DNA of 64,000 bases from Burkholderiales bacterium (GTDB taxonomy: Bacteria > Pseudomonadota > Gammaproteobacteria > Burkholderiales > Burkholderiaceae_C): contig CANJJE010000011.1 of the NCBI GenBank assembly GCA_947474755.1, forward strand, positions 30,983 to 94,982, written 5' to 3'. Every line of letters begins with the position of its first letter. The first letter of the stretch is position 1. Made by a program: the position numbers and the translations under genes. The notes beneath the pieces were generated by a model. The model ran no database searches, was not told where the DNA came from, and saw only the letters and a program-made list of their open reading frames with translations. This document shows, in pieces, positions 17,897 through 26,125 of the stretch.

Positions 17897-18840
17897 GCGA
17901 AGAGCCGCTGCGCGACCTCCTGGCTGAGGAACTGCGGTGCGAGTTGCCAGCTGCTGTCACTCAGCTGGCCGCACAGCTGGCCCAGCGCGCCAACGGTGAG
18001 GCCGCGGCAGTACTGTTCTATGGATCCAACTTGCGCGATGCGCGCCTGGACGGTGTCCTCGACTTCTATGTCTTGCTTGATCGTGTGAGTGCGTGGCCGG
18101 GCCCGCGGCTGGCTTCGCTGGCGAACTGGCTGCTGCCGCCGAATGTCGGCTACATCGAGACCACGGTGGATGGGCATGCCCTGCGAGCAAAGTACGCGCT
18201 GCTCAGCGCGACTCAGTTTCGGAGGGGGGTGTCGCCTGCCGCGCTCGACACCACCCTGTGGGCGCGCTTCTCACAACCCAGCTGCTGCGCCTGGGCGCGC
18301 AGCGAGGCCGATCGCGAAGCGGTCACCGATGCGGTGCGGCAGGCGGTGGTCACGGCGGCACGCTGGGCTGCCGAGCTGGGCCCCGCGCACGGCGATGCGC
18401 TCTTGTTCTGGCGGACGCTGTTCGCCAAGACCTATGCGGCCGAGTTGCGAGTGGAGAAGGGCGCCCGTGGCGACGACCTGGTGGCGCGTGACGCCGAGCG
18501 ATATGCGCGCCTCTTGCCCCAGGCATGGCGCGCAGCGGGGATCGCCTTCGAGACCACTGCAGCCGGGCAGTTGGCGCCGCGTCTGACGCTGTCGTCGCGC
18601 GACGCGGCCGCGCGACGCTGGGCTGTGCGCCGTCGCCTGGGCAAGCCACTGAACATCGCGCGGCTGCTGAAGGCCGCGTTCACCTTCGATGGCGCGATGG
18701 ACTACGCCATGTGGAAAGTCGAGCGCCATTCAGGCGTGCGATTGGAAATCACCGATTGGCAGCGCCGTCATCCGCTGCTGGCCGCACCCGGAATCTATTG
18801 GCGCCTTCGCGAACGCAACGTATGGAGACGCAGCGGTTGA
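17893..18840 (+). CDS. conserved hypothetical protein, possibly Tam41/Mmp37-like nucleotidyltransferase
   Basis: The GTG start overlaps the stop of the CDP-alcohol transferase gene (GTGA). The blocks FYGSNL, LDFYVLLD, NVGYIETTVDGHALRAKYALLS and LWARFSQP resemble, from memory, the conserved blocks of mitochondrial CDP-DAG synthase Tam41. The coding call is firmer than the functional call. Confidence 0.45.
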   Translation: MSEEPLRDLLAEELRCELPAAVTQLAAQLAQRANGEAAAVLFYGSNLRDARLDGVLDFYVLLDRVSAWPGPRLASLANWLLPPNVGYIETTVDGHALRAKYALLSATQFRRGVSPAALDTTLWARFSQPSCCAWARSEADREAVTDAVRQAVVTAARWAAELGPAHGDALLFWRTLFAKTYAAELRVEKGARGDDLVARDAERYARLLPQAWRAAGIAFETTAAGQLAPRLTLSSRDAAARRWAVRRRLGKPLNIARLLKAAFTFDGAMDYAMWKVERHSGVRLEITDWQRRHPLLAAPGIYWRLRERNVWRRSG

Positions 18841-19934
18841 TGAACTCCATCAGCGACCGTTCATCGGGGGGCTCCGTCGCGAACGCCGTTCCGGACAGGC
18901 CGGGACTCGCGTGGTGGTGCAACTCTACGGACCTGCGGATTGCGAGCGTCCGCATGAGAGCTGCGCTCTTGATGCGGATGCTGTCACAACGAGGCATTGA
19001 GACGACGTGGTTCAGCGGGAAAGAAATCTCGCGCTACCGCTGCGTGGTCGTCCGCAAGCGTTACGACGATGCCACCGTGAAACAGTTGAGCCGCTTCAAA
19101 GGGAGCGGTGGGCGACTGGTTCTGGATCTCTGTGACAACAATTTCCTGTCCAAATCCCAGAATCAACATGAACTTCGTAAAGTCAAGAATCTGCGTTTGC
19201 TGGCGACATTGGCTGATGTCATTGTTGCCGCGTCAGAGCCGCTTGCGCAGATTGCCGCTCGGGAGTGCCCCGCGACTGCTGGCCGCATTGTGGTCATTGG
19301 TGACATACCAGATGACCTTTCCATCGTCGAAAACTCCCTATGGCGCAGGACCTGGAACAACTGGTGCGCATACCGCGAGTTGAACCATTTGGAGAGGGTA
19401 GCTCCAGCAGGAGTTGTCAGACTCGTTTGGTTCGGGGCTTCTGCGGCCAAGAAGCAGCTTTCAGGGATGGCGGATTTGGCCCGAATATGCCCAATGCTCG
19501 CGGATTTGGGTCAGGAGTACCCCTTGCATTTGACGGTTATCAGTAACAACGTCAATTTTTATCGCAAGTACATAAAGCCAGCGCTGCCATCGAGCCGATA
19601 CATAGAGTGGAATTCAGCTACCTTTGACTATCTTTTGCGCCAGCAGCACATTGCCTTGATACCGGCCCAGCACAACGAGTACACCGTCTGCAAGAGCGAC
19701 AACCGCGTGGTCACGGCCTTGCGCGCAGGTCTGGCCGTGGTGGCCGATCCGGTGCCCAGCTACGTGCCCTATGGCGAGGTGATCCAGATCGGCTCCATGG
19801 AGGCAGGCCTGCGTCACTACCTCGCCGACCCATCAAAACGCATCGCAGATGCCGCACAAGGGCAGGCGAGAGTCCTGCACTCAGGGCAGGCCCAGCGCAT
19901 CGTGGCGCAGTGGATCGAGGTTTGCGGCTTCTGA
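18840..19934 (+). CDS. hypothetical protein, glycosyltransferase-like (GT-B-like pattern)
   Basis: 364 aa. The ATG overlaps the upstream stop by 1 nt (an alternative ATG lies at 18822). GC is lower than the flanks. No firm motif was recognised. Confidence 0.5.
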   Translation: MNSISDRSSGGSVANAVPDRPGLAWWCNSTDLRIASVRMRAALLMRMLSQRGIETTWFSGKEISRYRCVVVRKRYDDATVKQLSRFKGSGGRLVLDLCDNNFLSKSQNQHELRKVKNLRLLATLADVIVAASEPLAQIAARECPATAGRIVVIGDIPDDLSIVENSLWRRTWNNWCAYRELNHLERVAPAGVVRLVWFGASAAKKQLSGMADLARICPMLADLGQEYPLHLTVISNNVNFYRKYIKPALPSSRYIEWNSATFDYLLRQQHIALIPAQHNEYTVCKSDNRVVTALRAGLAVVADPVPSYVPYGEVIQIGSMEAGLRHYLADPSKRIADAAQGQARVLHSGQAQRIVAQWIEVCGF

Positions 19935-19961
19935 CGATCCAGCGGTTGCGCCACCGTGCGC

Positions 19962-21083
19962 TCAAGGCGCTGGGCAGGGTGACGCATTGCCACGCAGGAA
20001 ATCCACAATGGCGTCGGCGCCGCGGGCTGCAGAGGCCTCGCCGGGCATGATGCTGAAGGTCTCCGCCACGTAATGCCGCTGGGCGGGCAAGTACTCCGAG
20101 TGGCTGGCAAATGCTGCCGCGATCTTCTCCCGAAAATCGTCTAGCCCGTTGATCACGGGCCCCAGATTCCAGCACTCATAGTCGGGATTTCCACGCCAGT
20201 CAGGGTTGTGGGAGTCAAGAAAAAGGCAGGGCCGAGGACGTGTGACGAATTCGGCGACCTGGCTGCTCACATCGCCAAGATACATGTCGGCCGAAGATGT
20301 ATATGTCATGTCAATACTATTTCTGCTCCCGTGATCAATATGGAGATTTGGAAGAATGCGGTAGGGTTCGAAAAATTTATAATTTATATCTAATGATGTG
20401 TTAAACAATCTAAAATGCGGCGCAAATATCAAATTATATTGATCGGAACTGGCAAAGAAATTCAATACATCAACCCCATGTTTTTTCCATGACGATAATG
20501 GATCCTGAAAGTGCGGGTTGTAAAGCACAGTGGGTCTTCCATTATCAAATAACGCATGCGGATCGTGAGATGGGCCCATCCAATCGAATTTGGCATAAAC
20601 GCCAATTGAATAGTTTCCCGGACGAATCAAGCCGGCATTCAAGAGGCGACGTTCGATTTTGCGGCCAGCGACCAGCACGAAATCAAACTGATCGATATCG
20701 GCTGCAAAACCGACCGCGCGATCGCCGGCGCCATGACGGGTCCAGATCAAGCGCGTGTCCCCCAGGCCGAGCTGGCGCATGAACAGAGACGTTCGCTCTG
20801 GCACCACGATCGCATTGAAAGAGCGCAGGTAGCGGAGGTTCCTGACCATCATCATTTTCTTTCCGGGGTTCGCCTGCAACCACGGCCGTGACAATGCATC
20901 GACGCGCACTGACGCAGCGGGTGCGTGCTTGTGCAGCAGACTTGTGATGAAGTCTCGGTGCGCTGGCGTCGCTGCCGCCACATGCACTTCGACATCGGGA
21001 TGCCGCCGTGCCATCTCAGCGGCGATCGGCAGGGAGTGGTAGACCTGATGCAATTGCGCGAAGTACGGGAAGACGACTCTCAT
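19962..21083 (-). CDS. TagB/TagF-like CDP-glycerol glycerophosphotransferase family protein (putative)
   Basis: The blocks PTVLYNPHF, IFAPHFRLF and YLGDVSSQVAEF resemble the TagF-family catalytic region. The start is taken at the internal ATG 21083 (MRVVFPYF). Confidence 0.5.
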   Translation of the reverse strand: MRVVFPYFAQLHQVYHSLPIAAEMARRHPDVEVHVAAATPAHRDFITSLLHKHAPAASVRVDALSRPWLQANPGKKMMMVRNLRYLRSFNAIVVPERTSLFMRQLGLGDTRLIWTRHGAGDRAVGFAADIDQFDFVLVAGRKIERRLLNAGLIRPGNYSIGVYAKFDWMGPSHDPHALFDNGRPTVLYNPHFQDPLSSWKKHGVDVLNFFASSDQYNLIFAPHFRLFNTSLDINYKFFEPYRILPNLHIDHGSRNSIDMTYTSSADMYLGDVSSQVAEFVTRPRPCLFLDSHNPDWRGNPDYECWNLGPVINGLDDFREKIAAAFASHSEYLPAQRHYVAETFSIMPGEASAARGADAIVDFLRGNASPCPAP

Positions 21084-21264
21084 GTGGTTTGGTCCTGCGA
21101 CAACATCTTCTGCTTCCTTCGACCCGTTTGTCTGAGGGTGGTGCGCCCCTGTGGTTGTCAATCGCCCCCGCCCTCGCGTTGCGCGATTCCTTGCTTGCGG
21201 CTCCCCTGCCGAGCGGCTCGCTTCGCGTCCCCGTCATCGACTCCGCGCTTCGTCCTCTGAATCC

Positions 21265-22383
21265 ATGAATCTAACCCTGTCCCGCCTCGTCTACGTCTCC
21301 GCCTCGACGCTGCCATCCGGCGAAGCCAACGCGGTGCATGTCGCGCAGATGTGCGATGCCTTCGCGGAACTTGGGGTGCCGGTGGAGCTGCGTGGCAAAC
21401 CCGGAAGCGGCGCATCGGTGGCACTGCATTACGGCCTGCGCCACCGTTTTCGCATATCCCTTCCTTCAGGACTGGGCAGCACGCTGTGGCTGCTTGGTCG
21501 CAGCTTGAATCGCCGCACCGAGCGTGCCTCAGGGGTGCTCTACTACGGTCGTAACCTGTCTGAAATCTCGCAACTCGCAGGCTGGGGCTACCCCGTTGGA
21601 TTCGAGTTGCACCACCCGCCGCGCAGCGCGAAAAAACTGGCCAAGCTTCGACGTATCGTCGAGGCACCCAGCCTGCGCGGTCTGGTCGTCACCACCGACA
21701 GCCTGCGAGTGGATTTGATGGCTCGTTTCCCCGCGCTGGATCCATCGCGCATCCTGGTGGCGCACGACGGTGTGCGTGCCGACCGCATCGTGGTGCCTCG
21801 GCTTCGGGAAACGGCCTCCGTGCGTGCGGTCTACTGCGGCAGTTTTCACCAGGGCAAAGGCGTCGAGACCCTGATCGCGGCGGCTGCGATGGTGCCGGAG
21901 GTAGCGTTCGACGTGATCGGAGGCGCACCTGCGCAAGTGCAGGCGTTGAGGGCATTGGCGCCTCCCAATGTGCGCTTCCTGGGGCGCTTGCCTTACGACG
22001 AAACCCAGCGCCTGCTCCCCGAGTACGACATCGCACTGGCGCCCTATGGCTCGGTGGTTCGCGGCGTGCGCACGCCTGAACATGAAAGCCTGGCGGCCTG
22101 GATGTCTCCACTCAAACTCTTCGAGTACATGGGGGCGGGGCTGCCCATCGTCACTTCGGAGTTGCCAGTACTCAAGGAAATCCTGAGCCATGGCGAAACG
22201 GCCCTGATGGTCAGTCCCGACGATCCAGCGGCGCACGCGGCGGCGATCCGCAATCTGGCCAGCGACGGTGCGCTGAGGCTGCGGCTCGCGCAGGCGGCGC
22301 AGCAGGCCCTGCGCGCCTACACCTGGGAAAACCGCGCAGCGCGAATACTGGAGTTTCTCGGCGCGAGCCGAGCCGCTGCTTGA
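21265..22383 (+). CDS. glycosyltransferase family 4 (GT-B, EX7E type)
   Basis: N-terminal SGEANAVHVAQMCDAFAELG, GSFHQGKGVETLI and C-terminal SPLKLFEYMGAGLPIV (EX7E region) are present. Start at the internal ATG 21265. Confidence 0.8.
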   Translation: MNLTLSRLVYVSASTLPSGEANAVHVAQMCDAFAELGVPVELRGKPGSGASVALHYGLRHRFRISLPSGLGSTLWLLGRSLNRRTERASGVLYYGRNLSEISQLAGWGYPVGFELHHPPRSAKKLAKLRRIVEAPSLRGLVVTTDSLRVDLMARFPALDPSRILVAHDGVRADRIVVPRLRETASVRAVYCGSFHQGKGVETLIAAAAMVPEVAFDVIGGAPAQVQALRALAPPNVRFLGRLPYDETQRLLPEYDIALAPYGSVVRGVRTPEHESLAAWMSPLKLFEYMGAGLPIVTSELPVLKEILSHGETALMVSPDDPAAHAAAIRNLASDGALRLRLAQAAQQALRAYTWENRAARILEFLGASRAAA

Positions 22384-22396
22384 CGGTGGCGTTCCT

Positions 22397-23548
22397 TCAA
22401 TCCGGTGCTTGTGGCGCGATTCGCGCGCGAATCATGTCGCAGACTTCTCGCACCGCCCCGGCTCCGCCAGACGCAGAGCACACGTACCCCACCGAACGTC
22501 GCACCATCGGAACTGCGTCGGCGGGGCAGCACGACATGGCGACGGCCCTCAGGCCCTGCAGGTCGTTCAGGTCGTCACCGATATAGGCGGTCTGCGTGAG
22601 CGGGATCTGCCATCTTGGGCCATGTTCATGGAGCCAGGCGAGCTTGTCCTTCACGCCAGGGAAATAGTCGGTGATGCCCAGCTTGCGCATGCGCGCAGCC
22701 ACCACGGCGCTGTTCTCGGCTGTCACCACACACACCCGCACCCCTGCATCCCTCAGCATCAGCATGCCCTTGGCGTCCCGCGTGTCGAACTTCTTGAGCG
22801 CCTCTCCGTCGCCGTCGTAGTACATGCCGCCGTCAGTCAGGGTGCCGTCCACGTCGACGATCAACAGGCGGATGCTCTCGAGAGCAGGGCGCAAGCGTTG
22901 TCGCAACAGGCCTTCGATGTGCGGCCAATCAGCAGGCTCATCCAGTTCAGCGGCACAGGCCTCGTCCATCACATGCACGCCGATGCGACCACCCAAACGC
23001 ACGCCGGTGGCATCGAACAGCGCACGGCGGGTGTAGTAGAACGCGCCGTTTTCCATGATGGAGCCGAGGAAATCCTGGCGGCGTGGCCGCTGCGCTGGCG
23101 CGTAGTTCAAGGGCTGGCCGTCATGGCGCCAGAAAAAGCGCTTCACCTCCACGCCGGTGAGCAGCGAGTCCAGTCCGTCCCGTTCAAAACGGGTGCGAGC
23201 AGCGCGAAAGTCTTTGGCCCGTGTCAGCGGTGAGGTGGCCTGGATCAGGGCCAGCACATCGCAATCGATGTGGGCTGCCAACTCCTGCATCACCGACTCG
23301 CTGCTGGCGGTATCGGTGGCGTTCTCAGGCGCCCGATCGACGACTTCGATGCGCGAACCATAACGAGCGCGCGCATCGTCCCGGATCGCTGCGGAATCGG
23401 ACGCCACGTAAATCGCATCGAAGCAATTGGAGTCCAATGCCGCTTCTAGGCTCCATGCGTAAAGCGGGCGCCCGGCCATCGGCCGCAGGTTCTTGCCTGG
23501 AATCGATTTCGAGCCACCCCGCAGCGGCAGCAGCGCCACCCAGCGCAT
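22397..23548 (-). CDS. bifunctional acylneuraminate (nonulosonate) cytidylyltransferase / HAD-type (KdsC-like) phosphatase
   Basis: N-terminal LLPLRGGSKSIPGKNLRPMAGRPL (CMP-sugar synthetase). The C-terminal half carries the HAD motifs LLIVDVDGTLTDG, VVTAENS and YIGDDLND. Confidence 0.8.
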   Translation of the reverse strand: MRWVALLPLRGGSKSIPGKNLRPMAGRPLYAWSLEAALDSNCFDAIYVASDSAAIRDDARARYGSRIEVVDRAPENATDTASSESVMQELAAHIDCDVLALIQATSPLTRAKDFRAARTRFERDGLDSLLTGVEVKRFFWRHDGQPLNYAPAQRPRRQDFLGSIMENGAFYYTRRALFDATGVRLGGRIGVHVMDEACAAELDEPADWPHIEGLLRQRLRPALESIRLLIVDVDGTLTDGGMYYDGDGEALKKFDTRDAKGMLMLRDAGVRVCVVTAENSAVVAARMRKLGITDYFPGVKDKLAWLHEHGPRWQIPLTQTAYIGDDLNDLQGLRAVAMSCCPADAVPMVRRSVGYVCSASGGAGAVREVCDMIRARIAPQAPD

Positions 23549-24435
23549 CAGCGCAGATGGACGCCGGGCAGCCGCTTGAGCTTGGCTCTCTGAGGGGCTT
23601 CGATGTCGAGAATGTCGGTCGGCTTGGCCGTCAACGCGCTGGCCACGGCGCGCAGGTCACGAACCAGCTTGCGCAAGCCATCGGGCTCCAGCGAGGCCGA
23701 GTGGTCTGTGCCCTTCCAGGTGCGGTCGAGGGTGAAATGTCGCTCCACCCAATTGGCGCCCAGCGTCAACGCGGCGATGTCAACCGCGATGCCGAGATGG
23801 TGTCCGGAGAAGCCGATGTCCTGAACGCGGTGGGCGTACAGCTCGCGCAAGCGCGCCACTTCGAGCAGACACACCTGATCGAAAGGCACCGGGTACCCAG
23901 AGGTGCATGCATACAGCACGACACGGTTTTGTACGCCCAGCCGCTCGAACAGACAGACGATGCTTTCCTGTTCTTCAATCGTTGTCATGCCAAGCGAAAG
24001 ATGGATCTCGCCCTCGTATTCGCGGGCCAGGAAGTCCAGCATGTCAAAGTGCAGGTTGCAGGCTGACGGCACTTTCAGCATGGGTGGGTTCAGTGACGCC
24101 ATCTCCTGAGCGGATGTCATGTCCCAGACCGACGTCGAGTAGCCAATGCCGAACTCCTCGCACCAGCGCTGGATACGGCGGTGCTGGTCGACATCGAACT
24201 CCAGGAATTCGCGGTGCGCGCCGTAGGTGTCGCCGTAGCTGTGGACGGGATTGGGGTGCGGGGCGTTGTATTCCTGAGGCGTCAGCAGCTCATGGTTGCA
24301 GCGCTTCTGGAACTTGACGAAATCGGCCTTGGCAAATCGTGCCGCTGATTCGATCAGGTCGCGGGCGATGCTCATGTCGCCTTTGTGATTGCAGCCGATT
24401 TCAGCGATGACGCGGGGACGTGGTCGATGGCTCAC
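23548..24435 (-). CDS. N-acetylneuraminate-synthase-family (NeuB-like) PEP-aldolase, apparently without the C-terminal SAF domain
   Basis: Contains VIAEIGCNHKGD, FVKFQKR, MLKVPSA, GFSGHHLG and the following HFTLDR. The GTG start at 24435 overlaps the upstream stop (GTGA), giving 295 aa. Confidence 0.8.
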   Translation of the reverse strand: MSHRPRPRVIAEIGCNHKGDMSIARDLIESAARFAKADFVKFQKRCNHELLTPQEYNAPHPNPVHSYGDTYGAHREFLEFDVDQHRRIQRWCEEFGIGYSTSVWDMTSAQEMASLNPPMLKVPSACNLHFDMLDFLAREYEGEIHLSLGMTTIEEQESIVCLFERLGVQNRVVLYACTSGYPVPFDQVCLLEVARLRELYAHRVQDIGFSGHHLGIAVDIAALTLGANWVERHFTLDRTWKGTDHSASLEPDGLRKLVRDLRAVASALTAKPTDILDIEAPQRAKLKRLPGVHLR

Positions 24436-25919
24436 AACGTGATTCCTTGATGATGGATGCTGATGCTGGGCGAATTGCTCGCCATGTCCCGTGAGCGTTC
24501 CAGGCGGGACGCGGCTTCGGGGTCGTGGATGTGAAACACATGGGGTGAGTGGGCCACCGCGCGTACGCCACCGAAGCGGCCCAATTCGTTGCCGAACCGC
24601 GCGATGCGGGCGTTCAACTCCGACGCCGTCACGCCGGGGAAACGGTGAGCATGGTAGGCCGCGCTGTTGCGATGTTGGGGCCGCAGGCTGTTGATGCGCT
24701 TGGTGGCGGTTCGCGCCTGAGATACCAACCAGGTCTTCACCCACGACAACGTTGCCGGGCGCGGCGGCGCGCGGTCGGCATAGCCGCTGGCAATCAGCAC
24801 GTCCAGCACGCGGTCGCAGGCGAGCGGGCCTTGGATGGCAGCCAGATGTCGGTTGAAAAACCGGTCCCGCGTGGCGTTATCCACAGAGCCACGGCGACCC
24901 TCAAGCACCTCGGCCAGCGCCTCGCGCACCGCTTCGGGCGTACGCGCGCCATGGCTCAGTCCGTTGGGCAGGTGGTAGTCGTAGATGTCCGACGTCACAG
25001 GCATGTAGCTCACGGCCGGCGTGCCCAGCACGCTGGCCTCGACTGCGGTGGTGCACCCGTTGTGCAGCAGCACGCTCGCGGCCATCAGCCACGGCACCAC
25101 ATTGCCTTCGTGCGCGACCTCGACTTGCGGGCTGCCCGCCAGCAGTTGCCGCCACACATCATGGTTCTCCGAGGGATGTGGTCGCAGCACGATGCGATGG
25201 TTCGGGAACCAGCCAGCAAGCAAGGGCAGCAATGCGCGGAACTGATCGCAGATGGCCTGCTGGTGGGCGGCCATGCCGAGGGCGAAATCGACACTCATGC
25301 CCAGACCGGTCCGGCTGACCTGCGGCTGGCCCTGCGCATTGCGCTCGATCAGATTCAGGGCGGGCACAAAGTTGTTGACGAACGAAAAATTGGTGTTGAC
25401 GAGGATGAAGTCGCCATATCGCTGCTTGAGCGCTGCCACCTCGGGTGCGAAGTAGCCTCGCAATTCGGGTCGCAGCAGATCAATGCGCGGGTTGCCCGTC
25501 ACGTGCAACGGTGCGCCGCTGTAGCCCGGGTAGCTGGCGAAGAACTCGGCGTCGTCCGCACCCCAGGCAAACACCCGGTCAATGACCTTGAAGGTGTCTT
25601 CCGAATAGCGCCAGTCGTAGTACTCGGGCGAGTTGTAGCGGACCAGGCTCTCTTCGTCCCAGGCCACGATGTCGTGCCCGAAGCCATGGATCAGGTTCAA
25701 TGAGAGCTTGCTCAAGGAGCGCATGCTCTTGGCGAGAAACAAGCCGCGCGGCAGCGAGGGCATCACGAAATTGACGTACGTTCGTGATCCCAGCACCACG
25801 GGGAAACCGCGCTCGGCCGCCGCACACGCCAGCAGCAGCTTGGCGTCGAGTTCGCGCACCTGGTTCTCGACCGGAATGATGAAAGTGGAGGGACTGAACG
25901 TCATGAGCTGATGGGGCAT
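24432..25919 (-). CDS. hypothetical protein, putative surface-carbohydrate biosynthesis protein
   Basis: 495 aa from the internal ATG 25919, with N-terminal IIPVENQVRELDAKLLLACAAAERG. From memory it resembles the uncharacterised family found beside nonulosonic-acid genes. Function unknown. Confidence 0.5.
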   Translation of the reverse strand: MPHQLMTFSPSTFIIPVENQVRELDAKLLLACAAAERGFPVVLGSRTYVNFVMPSLPRGLFLAKSMRSLSKLSLNLIHGFGHDIVAWDEESLVRYNSPEYYDWRYSEDTFKVIDRVFAWGADDAEFFASYPGYSGAPLHVTGNPRIDLLRPELRGYFAPEVAALKQRYGDFILVNTNFSFVNNFVPALNLIERNAQGQPQVSRTGLGMSVDFALGMAAHQQAICDQFRALLPLLAGWFPNHRIVLRPHPSENHDVWRQLLAGSPQVEVAHEGNVVPWLMAASVLLHNGCTTAVEASVLGTPAVSYMPVTSDIYDYHLPNGLSHGARTPEAVREALAEVLEGRRGSVDNATRDRFFNRHLAAIQGPLACDRVLDVLIASGYADRAPPRPATLSWVKTWLVSQARTATKRINSLRPQHRNSAAYHAHRFPGVTASELNARIARFGNELGRFGGVRAVAHSPHVFHIHDPEAASRLERSRDMASNSPSISIHHQGITL

Positions 25920-26125
25920 CTGTCTACGCCGCTGGAGGGTGCCGGTGGTACCACGCACCGAGGAAACGCCCCAATCGCCGTCAATGGACGGTCAGTGGTA
26001 ACTCCCTGACTGTGCCGAAACGTAACGAATCATAACGACGCCCAGCACCAGCACCAGCGCCCAGCCCGCGGCGTGCCACCGGTAGGGGCGTTCAACGCAC
26101 GCAGCAGCCGCTGAACATTCGCCGA

